Below the pieces are notes generated by a model. It saw nothing but the letters and a program-made list of their open reading frames with translations, made no database searches and was not told the origin of the DNA. From Chiloscyllium plagiosum (Eukaryota), in contig NC_057719.1 in NCBI RefSeq assembly GCF_004010195.1, forward strand, positions 77,702,373 through 77,737,012: DNA of 34,640 bases, written 5' to 3'. A program made the position numbers and the translations under genes. The first letter of the stretch is position 1; the number at the start of each line of letters is the position of its first letter. This document shows positions 22,946 through 34,458 of this stretch, piece after piece.

Positions 22946-23215
22946 AGGGCCTTTTAATGTAGAAGGTACTTTGTCGTTAGTTATAGTATTGAGGAAAAAA
23001 TTAGAAAAAAACAATTAAAGGACTAAACTAAGTTGTTGTGGGAGAAGTTTAAGTTAGAATGTTGTTTGTGTTTTATGTGGAGCATTTGACAAACTCTGTT
23101 ACAAAGGAATTAATTAGCTTTTGGAAGTGTCATCACTTGTCAGCCGTGTTGCCCCTGATTCTAATTTGTGCATAGCACAATCTCTTAAACAGCAATGAAA
23201 TAGACTGTAATTGGA

Positions 23216-23386
23216 GGTTGGTGAGCTCAGTTGGCTGGTAGCTAGTTTGCCAATGAAGGGCTCAGCTCCTCAATCTCTGCCCTTGCCTGAGGTATGGTGA
23301 CCCTCTGGTTAAATCACCACCAATCATGTCTCTATAATCAGAGAGCAGCACTGCTATTTGGTAAGGCTATGGTGACTTTACTTTTA
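23216..23386 (+). mobile_element. tRNA-derived SINE with internal deletion
   Basis: A box GAGCTCAGTTGG; body CTTGCCTGAGGTATGGTGACCCTCTGGTTAAATCACCACCA; tail GACTTTACTTTTAC. Confidence 0.55.
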
Positions 23387-23839
23387 CCTTATTTTAATTG
23401 TAGAAGTCTGGGTTGAATAACGCTTTTCAAAAGAGTTCTGAAACGTTATTTCACTTACGGTATGTTAGTTCGATTTGACATATATGTGTGGATTTCAAAA
23501 ATTGATTGCCCAATTCTGAGAATTTTCATCTGTTTTGTAATTTAATGAAGGCTGAGAGCTGAGTTTGTCTTGCTAAATAATGGGTGCTACCCATATTCCA
23601 AATCATTCAAACCACACAATTCGACTCCTGACTTTTGTTTGTATCACAAATAATGAGACCAAACATCAGGCTTAAATGCATTTGAAATGTTGAAAGTTGG
23701 ATTTCCAGAAATCTCCCATCATAGACCCATATTTCTTCAGGTAAAAACAATGACTGCAGATGCTGGAAACCAGAGTCTAGATTAGAGTGGTCCTGGAAAA
23801 GCACAGCAGTTCAGGCAGCATCCGAGGAACAGTAAAATC

Positions 23840-23867
23840 GACGTTTCGGGCAAAAGCCCTTCATCAG
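23840..23867 (-). ncRNA. Minimal PLE-type hammerhead ribozyme, intact core
   Basis: Reverse strand CTGATGA-A-GGGC-TTTT-GCCC-GAAAC-GTC, flanked by ATTC/GATT (short helix I); GUC cleavage triplet. Confidence 0.75.
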
Positions 23868-24306
23868 GAATACAGGCAGAGAGCCTGAAGGGTGGAGAGA
23901 TAAGTGAGAGGAGGGTGGGGGTGGGGAGAAAGTAGCATAGAGTGCAGTAGGTGAGTGCGGGAGGGTGGAGTGGATAGGTGGAAAAGAAGGTAGGCAGATA
24001 GGACAAGTCATGGGGGCAGTGCTGAGCTGGAAGTTTGGAACTGGGGTGAAGTCTGGGAAGGGGAAATGAGGAAACTGTTGAAGTCCACATTGATGCCCTG
24101 GGGTTGAAATGTTCCAAGGCAGAAGATGGCACTGAGGAAGCAAATGTGGCTGTGGTAGTGAGTTTGTTTCAGGACAATGTTGAAGAGCTTCAGGGCAGAG
24201 GAGATGACCTGGGAGTTGCAGTGGGAGAGGGACTCCCTGAGTTCTTCAAGACAGGCATCCTTGCAAGAGGATTCGCAGTAGGGTTAAAATCAACTAGGTA
24301 AAAACA

Positions 24307-24622
24307 CGGGCGGCATCGTGGCACAGTGGTTAGCACTGCTGCCTCACAGCGCCAGAGACCTGGGTTCAATTCCTGCCTCAGGCGACTGACTGTGTGGAGT
24401 TTGCACGTTCTCCCCGTGTCTGCGTGGGTTTCCTCTGGGTGCTCCGGTTTCCTCCCACAGTCCAAAAGATGTGCAGGTCAGGTGAATTGGCCATGCTAAA
24501 TTGCCCGTAGTGTTAGGTAAGGGGTAAATGTAGGGGTATGGATGGGTTGCGCTTCGGCGGGGCGGTGTGGACTTGGGCTGAAGGGCCTGTTTCCAGACTG
24601 TAAGTAATCTAATCTAATCTAA
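24307..24622 (+). mobile_element. Full-length HE1 V-SINE inserted into the PLE pLTR
   Basis: A box TGGCACAGTGG, B box GGTTCAATTCC, V-domain, CR1-derived tail ending in (AATCT)n; TSD AAAAACA at 24300-24306 and 24623-24629. Confidence 0.95.
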
Positions 24623-24719
24623 AAAAACAATGACTGCAGATACTGGAAACCAGAGTCTAGATTAGAGTGGTGCTGGAAAAGCACAGCAGTTCAGGCAGCA
24701 TCCGAGGAGCAGTAAAATC

Positions 24720-24747
24720 GACATTTCGGGTAAAAGTCCTTCATCAG
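24720..24747 (-). ncRNA. Degenerate hammerhead core in the upstream pLTR
   Basis: Reverse strand CTGATGA-A-GGAC-TTTT-ACCC-GAAAT-GTC; helix II and the ACGT palindrome are mutated. Confidence 0.5.
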
Positions 24748-27134
24748 GAATACAGGCAGAGAGCCTGAAGGGTACGTATTTCTTCACCAGAAGACAGCAG
24801 CTGAGCCTAAGTAGTGGAGGTTTGTGTGTTGAACTGCCTTGTGTTCTCAGCTTTTACCTGCTGGCATTGCTTTCGATTGGGGTTGCTGGAATCTGAAGAG
24901 CAACAATGTGGCTGATTTTCTGCTTTTGTTTTCAACTCCCGTACAATTTACATGACTCGTTATGGCAATGTGAGTGGTCATTTGCCCAAACAATTCCAGA
25001 CTTTCATCTTTACCTGATGACAAATCGAATTGACCAAAATGTAGATACTGCCACTGGACTGACTGCCCCCAATACTGCTGCTCATGCTAATGCAATGTTT
25101 GGATCAACATTTTGCCAAAACTCTGTCCCAACTCTGAGATTTATTTTTAAAACCTAGCAAATTACAGGTATGGTTAAACTTTTTAGAGCACCCACATGGT
25201 ACGTTTTAAGACCTTTAAAAGCACAGGATGGAAGGCTCTGCCATCCATCTGGGTCTCAAGTAAATTCAGTGTACCTCAACTGATGCTTTCCTCAAATTGC
25301 CATCAAATCTTCTGCATGCTTCAACTCACTATCTATTGCCACTGCTTCCATGGTCAGTCTGTTCAACATGTCAACCGCAAATCAATCTCCACATTGCCGC
25401 CAGATTTATTTACTGGAATTGTCGTTTTCATTATGCTGCAAAGTTGCCCATTTAGATTAAACAATTAAACATACCCTAATGTTTTAGTGCTGAATGTTGG
25501 AAAATGTTTCTGCTGGGGCATTCCAGTTAATGTCCATGCACTGTCATATTGAAGTAAAGTGTTGTGTGTATTGGGTGAAGATAGGATATATCAGAAATTT
25601 CTCTTTTAGAAATGTGCCCAAGGTTCAATACATGGCTTGACATTTGGAAATGTCAGAGGAAATCAGTTTTCTTGGGGCTACATTTAAGCTCTTACAGATC
25701 TGAGAGAAAAATAATCATGCTAGTTATTTGTTATAAACTCTTTTTATAGAGTTACTTCCAGATGTAGCTCAGTTTTGTAAATTAGCCATAATTTGCTTTC
25801 CTGCTGGAAGTCAAAAATATTGACATTGAGCATTAGTAAATGGTGCTCCTCTAAACATGTCTGGATTTATGAGGCACAGGTTTGATCCAATATTTTGATA
25901 CTCAGTAACTTATCAATCATTAGTGATGAATCACTTTATTAGTCAGCGAAATGTCCTGTAAATAAAGGTGATGATTTACTATCTTGGGGGCTATGCACAT
26001 CTTTTTTTTGTGGGAAAGCATAGAATCCTGCCCACACAGGAGCCTCCAGCAATGCAACTCACTGTTTTGCAACATGCATGTTTGTGCAAGTGTGTCTCCG
26101 AGATCTGATGGAAAAATTGAACTTTGATTGGAAGGAGAAAGATTTCTTGTTGGATTGGGTTCAGTTCACTGCTCTGGAATATATTGATATCAAAATGGGG
26201 TTGAGGGAAACATTTTCTTTCCATTTCATCTCATTCATTTCACTGCCATTTTAGTCAAATTAATTCAATCCTCACAGCTATCTAAGAATGGTTACTGTGC
26301 ATGTATAGACAATAAGATGAAATCCAGGCAGCTGAATAATAACCTAGAACTGTGTTTTTTATATAAAAAAAACCTTTCTCCCCTTCACACTTCCCTCCTG
26401 ATCTGCCATTGGCTTTTATGTTTAAACTGTCAATCAGCATTGTTAGGTTAGTGGCTAGAAGCTTCATGTAATATCCTATATCGTCACTAAATTTAAATAA
26501 TGAAGCATGAAACTGTCTGCTTGTGACTCAACAGCTGCTTTTACATCATAGTTTGAATCTCTAAAAATCAGCTAACCAAGCCATTCTCTGAGAAAAGCAA
26601 CCAGGGAAGTCCCATGGAACATTGTTCCTTCTTGCTCTCATGCTAGAAAATATGTTTTGTAGGTTTGTTAATGTGGCTGTGGAAAAAAAATGTATCCGCC
26701 ATACTTCAGGAAATCTTGCTGTTTTGGTGACAGTAATTTCTATGCATGGAAATATGTGTGGTATTTTGGAGTACATGTGTCTCCTAACAACTGTAATACT
26801 GTTGTCTATCCAATCTGTTTATCTTTAGAGGTAACATTGAAATACAATTTATGAAAAATGAGAATATTGGTTCTGGTGTATTTTTCTTAAAAACATAACT
26901 ACTTTGAACAGTATCTGCACTTGTTAATAAATGTTAACTTTGATTTATTTTTTCCATCCTCAAGTTATTCATGTTTTGGGGAATTCCATATGAGTAAATT
27001 GAAGTAAAACTTCCACGGTTTAACATGCAATAACATTTATGTTGCGATAAAATCAGTACATAATAAATTCCTCTGCGTATTGCTATCTTGATTTTGGAAA
27101 GGCATGTGCACTCTGGTGATTGCTTGAATTATAT

Positions 27135-27670
27135 CATTCTGGAATATTGAACACTTTGCATATCTTGCGGCCACATCTCTGGGAAGGCCACCATTGAGGA
27201 GATCCAATACTGGATCAGTTGTGCTAGTTCAACATTTCACCAACTATAATGAGTCTTGCTCAAGTAGTTGTTGGCAATGCACTGTTGTAATACAGTGAGA
27301 ACAGGATGCTGTCCCAGCATTACATATTGTTGGCAAAATTCCATGAGTTGGAGGAATATTGAAGAAATGTTGGTGTCCTTCTCTACAAGGATTCCAGCAA
27401 AGCTCTTGCAAAATTACTCTGACGGACTGGATGTTGTGTCCAGTCACCCCTCCTGCCAGCTTTTGTTTCCTTAACTTTCAAGGCTGTTTCAGGGAGAAAA
27501 GAGCAAATGGTTAGAAAATATTTGAAGTTCTTCTTGAAGCATGGCATCATTGACATTGAAGTCTGGGAAAAGCTTGCTACCAGTAGCTCATTGTCTTGTG
27601 TGATATCCTGCCACATATGCCCAAAGTTCTGCAAATCGACTAGCCATCCTTGAGCCAAGGAGCAGCCGCA
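27135..27670 (+). mobile_element. Decayed RTE-clade LINE 3' coding fragment
   Basis: LWNIEHFAYL/..ATIEEIQY.ISCASSTFHQL, WTG-like, QLLF and LKHGIIDIEVWEKLA remnants, typical of the RTE C-terminal region. Confidence 0.7.
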
Positions 27671-28161
27671 GACCACATGGTCACAACATTGCCTCATATA
27701 CTTTTTGCTGCCCCAAATGCTTGGAAAACCAATAACTGTATTGTCGCTTAGCTGCTAATGTGTATTTTTAGTGCTCGATGATATTGGGTTTTCCTGCAAT
27801 TTGCTGCTTTCTGTGGTAACTAAGAATAGAATCAGTCCTGAAGTGTTTAACTTGGCATAATGTCCGTGAGTATTGTGTGATCAAAAACAAAGTTAGAGCT
27901 GGCTGGAATCCAAAAAGTGACTAAAAAGTAACTTTAAAAAAATTGTAGTTTTAATTTTTAGTTTTTAAAAGGTTAGTGGGGTTTTCTGAAAAAAAAAGTA
28001 CTTTCTTCATATGTAACCTCTTCACCATAAAAAATCTGATGTAATCTAGAAAATGCAGTATGAATGCATAAATTCATGAAAGATTATAATGCACAATCTG
28101 TGAGTGAGTGTTCAACTTGTATTGTGCAAGACCCGTGCTTGTTCTGACCTGTTCTCTTAAG

Positions 28162-28246
28162 CCTGAGTCGTGCACGGCTAGCTGCAAGTCAAGTATAGAA
28201 GCAACCAGGATTCGCTCAAAAGTGGCACATGGAAGAACCAGTGAAA
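28162..28246 (+). other. Candidate 85-nt host exon, possibly containing a start codon (MEEPVK)
   Basis: Branch-like CTGAC, pyrimidine tract and TAAG| acceptor; donor AAA|GTAAGT; CACATGG ATG context; locally retained CpGs in repeat-free DNA. Confidence 0.45.
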
Positions 28247-29574
28247 GTAAGTTTTCCCAGTGGACATTTTGAGTCCCAGTAGTTTTATGCCCAATGTAGA
28301 GCCGATTGTATGAGGGCTGTGCTTTGGCAACTGGATAAATAAACTCCGGCTATGAGGAGCCAGCTGATACACTGGCTGCGCACCTATAGCATTAAATTTA
28401 AAGTTCCAAAATTATCAGTGTTTTTTACATAAAATGACTGACTCTGAAACCTATCTGTGGTCTGATGGAAACCTCGAAGGAGGAGTTGTAGGTATGGGTT
28501 CGGTGTTGGATTGGTTTGAATGTACTGAGTGAGGAGAGACATCAGAATTGTTATTTGGGAAAATCTGACTATTAATTGTTTTTGGGCGTCATTCAGATCT
28601 GCAGCTGTTGTACTGATTCAGTCTAGGAATTTTACTATACCTATATAAATTGGTACTTGTCTCCCCTTTAAATTATGACCTTGTTCATTAAAATTAATGT
28701 TGAGTAATTTTCTTTTGAAAATGGGTTGTGTTATGAGGTTTTCCTGGTTTGACAGAATTCTTGTATGATATTTTGTAGACCGTCATCGTGTGCAGAATTC
28801 ATTATATTTAAACATGATTTGTTGTGCCTTGAACTAATTATTATTGTTGGTGAGTACTGCCAGAGGGGACAGTGGGACTATTGGTCAATAATTGATGAAG
28901 GCCTGCAATATATTGTTTTGATAGGGGACTTTGGATCACTGGGGAAATTATGCCACATTGCAATTTTCAGGAGTAGTGCCAGAGCCGGAAATTGTTCATA
29001 AGCAGAATCATTTTGTACTGATTAGTGAAAATGCTCAGCAAATTTGTTGGGATTGCAGCAATTTGGGGGGAAAAAAAATGCACTTTAAACATGTGCATGC
29101 AAATGACTGAACCAACTGACATTGCCAGCTGCACTGTTGAAATTAGTTATAACTTCTCACAATCTATTGGGAATATTGCCTTTCTTGCTTCGGCTGTTCT
29201 ATGTCGAGGCTGATGAAGTTCGGTTTTCCTTTTAATTCTACTAAACTAATAACTAGAAGCTTGCTTGTCATTTGGAAACATGCCTCAAGCCGGATAAGTT
29301 GTGGAATTCTTCAGAAAAATATCTACTGTTCTAATCCTGTGTTTTTCCTTGCCCTGAGCAGTTTGACAGTCTAACTGCCTGTAGAGTTGGTAAATGCCAT
29401 ATAATTTTACTATTGTGTTGCCAGCTTGCGGTCGTATCTCTTATGCATTTTTCTTCCTACAAATAGGCCATCCACACTAGTAGTACCACAGACACATAGA
29501 AGATAAGAACAGCAGTTGGCCAATCAACCCCTCGAGCTTGCATTTAGTATTCACCTGTTGTTGTGTTGGTCATA

Positions 29575-29683
29575 AGCTGCTGACCACTGTCTGGTTTGCT
29601 AAGCGATTTCATAGGACACTTAAGAGTCAGCCTCTGGATCTGGAGTCAGATTTAGGTTAGACCAGCTAATGATAGAAGATTTC
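29575..29683 (-). mobile_element. SINE internal fragment
   Basis: TTAAGAGTCA...GATCTGGAGTCAGATTTAGGTTAGACCAG...AGATTTCT resembles a common shark SINE core (recognised from memory). Confidence 0.4.
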
Positions 29684-29684
29684 T

Positions 29685-30312
29685 GGGGAGTATTCCATTG
29701 TACTCCTGATTGTCTTATAGATGGTGGAAGGAAGGCTGTGAAGAGTCAAGAGTTGAGTTACTTTAAACAGTCTTCCTAGCCTCTGACCAGCTCTTGTAGC
29801 CACTGTGCTTATGTGGTGAGTCCAGCTGAGTTTCTAATCATCGGTAACTCCAAAGATGTTGATAGTGAGGGTATTCAGTAATGGCAGCAACATTGAATGT
29901 CAAGGGGAAATGGTTAGATTCTCTCTCATTAGAGATGATCGTTATCTAGCATTTGTGTGGAGAAAGTGAGGACTGCAGATGCTGGAGATCAGAGTCAGAG
30001 GGGTGGTACCAGAAAAGCACAGCAGGTCAGGCAGCATCTGAGGAGCAGGAGAGTTGACATTTTGAGCATAAGCCCTTCATTAGGAATGAGGCTTGTGTCC
30101 AGATGTTGCATTTGAACATGGATTGCTTCAATAGCGCTGAACATCATGGGCAAACATCCCACACTACTGAGCTTATGATTGATGGAACATCACTGATAAA
30201 GCATATGAAGATTGGGTCAAGGGAACTAATGATGGCATATCAGTTATCTCAGCTCCAAGACCTTTGATAACCACAAGTATCTTCTATATGCCAGGTGTGA
30301 CTCCAACTCATG
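29685..30312 (-). mobile_element. Decayed LINE of the 670-2169 family, interrupted by a PLE fragment
   Basis: TCCTAGCCTCTGACCAGCTCTTGT, GATGTTGATAGTG and AATGTCAAGGGGA are reverse complements of sequence in 1515-1640. Confidence 0.7.
29959..30088 (-). mobile_element. PLE pLTR fragment (family B) with degenerate hammerhead
   Basis: GGAGAAAGTGAGGACTGCAGATGCTGGAGATCAGAG...AAAAGCACAGCAGGTCAGGCAGCATC...GCCCTTCATTAGGAAT. Confidence 0.85.
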
Positions 30313-30819
30313 GAGAGTTTATTCAGGGGAATCCTTAATAGAAAATACGTATGTGGTAAACAGTCTAGGTCAATACTTGAAGGGATTGCATAGAACACCA
30401 GAGGGGGCACATAGTTTGTCTGAGAATCTATTGATTTTTTTCAGCATGGGAGAGAAAAAGCAATTTTTTTGCATATTTGTACTCTTAAGATTGCCATTCC
30501 ACTGGATCCCCGGAGTAGAGGAAAAATATTTGTTGAAGTTTGGACAATGAGCCTGCTGATATGGTACAGAATATTGTGGTTGTAGAAGCTGAAGTGGCAT
30601 GGTCACTTGGAAAGCCAATTAAAATTAATTGGAATTGTGCCAAATTATTAAAGTAGGTGAAATGAAAGAATAAAGAGATGAAATCAAAAGATCTGTTTCC
30701 AGTTAATTTCATTATATGCTTGTTTGCATGTGATTGGAGTAATTCCAAAGTTTTGTTAAAGATATTGCCTTGTTGACATAGGTTGCTTGAAATCTTCACT
30801 CCACTTTCTGAAGTGAATG

Positions 30820-31045
30820 GATGGATGAGGAGGAATTCCTGTCGCAGAGGGTGATGAATCTGTGGAACTTGGAAAGCTGTGGAGGCCAAGTCATTGAGTG
30901 TATTTAAGGCAGGGATAGGTTCTTGACTAGGAAGGGCTATGCAGAGAAGGCAGGAGAATGGAGATGAGAAACCTACCAACCATGATTGAATGACAGAGCA
31001 GACCTTATGGGCCTAAAAACTGATATCTATTCCTATATCCTAGGA
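30820..31045 (+). mobile_element. CR1 3' end (second subfamily)
   Basis: GATGAGGAGGAATTCC...CAGAGGGTGATGAATCTGTGGAA...GCTGTGGAGGCCAAGTCATTGAGTGTATTTAAGGCAG. Confidence 0.85.
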
Positions 31046-31307
31046 CTGTGGAGATCCTTTGATCAGTAGTGACCCCTGCTACTGGAACCCCAGACACTGG
31101 TAGAAAGGTGAAAAAAATGATTGAACAGCCTGTCAGGTTTCTGACTGATTTTGTCAACATTGGTCACCATTGCACCCTTCTGCAAGGGCCAGTGTCATTG
31201 TAGTGGTTTATTGTGCTTTCTACAACATGTTTCTCCAGAGAAGTATGGACTTCAAAGACTGAGGTGTCTTGGAAAGAATCCAATCATTGGGGAAGAAACA
31301 GGAAATG

Positions 31308-32268
31308 AGAGTCAGTCATGGAGATGTACAGCATGGAATCAGACCCTTTGGTCCAGCTCGTCCATGCCGACCAGGTATTCTGACCTAATCTAGTCTCATT
31401 TGCCAGTATTTAGCCCATATCCCTCTAAAACCTTCCTATTCATATACTTATCCAGATGCCTTTTAACTGTTGTAATTGTCCCAGCCTCCATCACTTTATT
31501 TGGCATCTCATTCCATGCATGCACCACCCTCTGTGAAAAAATCTGCCCCTTAGGTCCCTTTTAAATCTTTTCCCTCTCACCTTAAACCTATGTCCTCTAG
31601 TTCTGGACTTCCTCACCCCAGGGAAAAGTCCTTGTCTATTTAACCTATCAATGCCCATTATGATTTTATAAACCTCAATAAGATCACCCCCCAGCCTCTG
31701 ATTCTCCAAGGAAAATAGTCCCAGCCTCTTCAGTCTCTCTCCCTATAGCTGAAATCCTCCAACCCTGGTAACATCCATGCAAATCATTTCTGAGCCATTT
31801 CAAGTTTCACAGCATCCTGCGTATGGGAGGGAGACCAGAATTGCACACCATATTCCAATAGTGGCCTAACCAATGTCCTGTACAATCGCAATATGATCTC
31901 TCAACTCCTATACACAATGCTCTGACCAATAAAGGAAAGCATACCAATGCTGCCTTCACTATCTTATCTACCTGCGACTCCACTTTCAAGGAACTATGAA
32001 CCTGCACTTCAAGGTCTCTTTGTTCAGCAACACTTCCCAGGACCTTACCATTAAGTGTATAAGTCCTGCCCTGATTTGACTTTGTAAAATGCAGCACCTC
32101 ACATTTATCTAAATTAAACTCTGTCATTCCTTGACGCATTGGCCCCTCTTATCAAGATCACGTTGCACTCTGAGGCAACCTTCGCTGTCCACTGCACTCC
32201 AATTTTGATGTCATCTGCAAACTTACTAACTATACCTCCTCTGTTCGCATCCAAATCATTTATATAAA
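31308..32268 (-). mobile_element. CR1 (HER1-like) LINE 3' ~960 bp
   Basis: Minus ORFs YINDLD..VSKFADD.KIG, EFNLDKCEVLHF and GDLIEVYKI.MGIDR..RTRGHRFKVRG; 3' tail at 31308-31380. Confidence 0.95.
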
Positions 32269-32319
32269 ACAGTTGGGGGAAGAACTTTATTAAAGACATA
32301 CTTGGTATTAAATAGGGTA

Positions 32320-32479
32320 CAGAGGAATCGCGATTATCCAAACGACATGGATGGGGAGTATTTTGTTCGGATAATCGAATGCTGACTAACACAGTTGAGC
32401 CAAGCATCAGGACCTTGCGATCTTGTTCGGATAATCTGAAATTCAGATAATCGATGTTTCAACAATTGAGGTTCCTCTG
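32320..32479. mobile_element. Tigger/pogo-like MITE (160 bp)
   Basis: TIRs CAGAGGAATCGCGATTATCCAAA and TTTCAACAATTGAGGTTCCTCTG, TA on both sides, internal TTCGGATAATC repeats. Confidence 0.85.
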
Positions 32480-33774
32480 TATAAAGATAGAGAATGTAAT
32501 AGTTCAAATCTTGTTTCAGTGGTGATATGGTTAAATAATAAATATCAATAGGTATTGTGAAAATTTAATAAAATTACAAAGCAAGATTATGGAGGCAAAG
32601 ATGTAGAAACCAACCTCATTGAGCTGGTAAAGTAGATGTGAGTTTTGACTGAACACTCTTTACTTAGCCTTGACTGCTTTTTATACCTCAATTCCCTTTT
32701 CCGTGATGCATCAATATGCCAATTTTTAAGGTAAATAATTTCCTCTCCAAATAGTCTATCACAACGCTAGAGAAATGGCATGATGTGAATTATAGGTTAA
32801 AGGAAGGGACTTGTGAGTAGGTTAGGTTGTGCGTTCAGGAAAAGGAAGATGTGTGGAAAACATTATGCTCTATTTTAGCTTTCTGTCTGTCTCCATGATA
32901 TATTAAAGAACAGAGAGGAAACTGGTTAAGCAGATTTTTTATATCAATAGCTCACAAGAAACCACATATAAAGCTCCTATCATGTTAATGGGACGTACTG
33001 ATAGCTGAACAATTGCTCTCAGTGGATTTCTCAATAAATTTGATAAAAGAAATAGGCTATAAGCCTAAAGCAGACTTTCTACTTTAAAACTATCAATAAT
33101 TTGCATTACATGCCATGGATAAATTAAAATTGTTTATAATTGGTTATGCTCTAGGGCATCTGCTGACCTGATATTGACCAATAATGCACCAACACTGAAG
33201 AGTTCAGCTACACGTGCTTATTCCTTGACTTGAAAATATTCTCTCTTCCTTGAAAAAATGTTAAACTTTGGTTTTTAAAAAAAGTCTTTATCCCTTCTAC
33301 CTTGAAGTAAATGAAGCTAAGCAAAGCAAGATTGCAAATATTTACATTGCGCATACAATATTTGTCTTGCTGTCCTCCATTTCAGATAGTAGAAGAAAAC
33401 TGGCTTGATGTGTGTGGGTTACTTAAGTGTTCATCAGATAATCTACTTCAGAAATCTACTTCAAACTTTGATAAAACTCTTAACACGTGAAAATTATAGG
33501 ACGTATTGGATTGTTGATTGACAAAGGTTTGGGTGATCACTTTACCATGCATATGTAATCGTAACGTCCATGCAGCAGACACATTGAAAGAGAATTTATC
33601 CAGTTTTTTTTTTCTCCAATTATTAAAGAAACAAACGGACCGAAGATTCAGAGATAAAAAAATTGCATTTATTTTACAGGAACAATGAAGCAAGCCTTTC
33701 ATGTTACACCTTTTCAGATAATAAAATATCCCAATATGCTTCATAATAACACAAAACAGAATATGAGACTAAGC

Positions 33775-33905
33775 TACATAGAGCTGATGACCAAAAGCTT
33801 AATTGAAGAATTCTATTTTAATGAGGGACTTAAAGAAAGAACTGTGGTATAGAACTCTATGGACAGAGTACAACCCTTCAGGCCGAAGCAGCAGAAGGCA
33901 CAGGT
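33775..33905 (-). mobile_element. L2-like 3' fragment
   Basis: GATGACCAAAAGCTT...GCAGCAGAAGGCAC; matches the 11785-11817 flank motif. Confidence 0.45.
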
Positions 33906-33910
33906 ATTGA

Positions 33911-34458
33911 AGAACAAGAACAAAGAAAATTTACAGCCCAGGAACAGGCCCTTCGGTCCTCCAAACCTGTGCTGATCCAAATCCACTGTTTAAACCTATT
34001 GCCCAGTTTCTAAGAATCTGTATCTTTCTGCTCCCCACCTACTCGTGCATCTGTCCAGACGCACCTTAAATGATTCTACCGTGCTTGCCTCTATTACCTC
34101 TGCTGGTAACGCATTCCATGCAACTACCACCCTATGTATAAAGTACTTTATGTGTGTATCCTCAAACTTTTCTCCTTTCACCTTGAGCGCATGTTAGTAT
34201 TGAACCCTCTCCCTGGGAAAAAGCTTATCTCTATCCACCTTGTCTATATCCTTCATGATTTTGTAGACCTCAATCAGGTCCCCCCTCAATCTCCTTTTTT
34301 TTCTAATGAAAACAATTCTAACCTACTCAACCTCTCTTGATAGCTAGCACCTTCCATACCAGGCAACATCCCTGTAAACCCTCTCTGCACCCTCTCCAAG
34401 GCATGCACGTCCTTTTGATAATGTGGCGACCAGAGCTGTACAGTGTTCTAAATGCGGG
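33911..34458 (-). mobile_element. CR1 LINE 3' end
   Basis: Minus ORF RVVVAWNALPAEVIEA..FKVRLD, PHLEHC; tail AGAACAAGAACAAAG...GGAACAGGCCCTTCGG. Confidence 0.92.

Larger units (their letters stand above)
23740..24776 (-). mobile_element. Internally deleted non-autonomous Penelope-like element with two direct pLTRs and a 10-bp TSD
   Basis: TSD TATTTCTTCA at 23730-23739 and 24777-24786; direct repeats at 23740-23893 and 24298-24773 (the latter SINE-interrupted); the minus frame reads ...LKLFNIVLKQTHYHSHICFLSA|IFCLGTFQPQGINVDFNSF..., which joins a PLE N-terminal motif to the GIY-YIG C-terminal motif. Confidence 0.88.

Noticed and set aside
24307..24380. tRNA gene
   Set aside because: The A and B boxes belong to the HE1 SINE head, which is followed by a V-domain and LINE tail, and there is no acceptor stem.
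30485..30979. Longest ORF in the track (164 aa, minus strand)
   Set aside because: It begins antisense inside a CR1 tail, has no recognisable domain and has no supporting splice signals.
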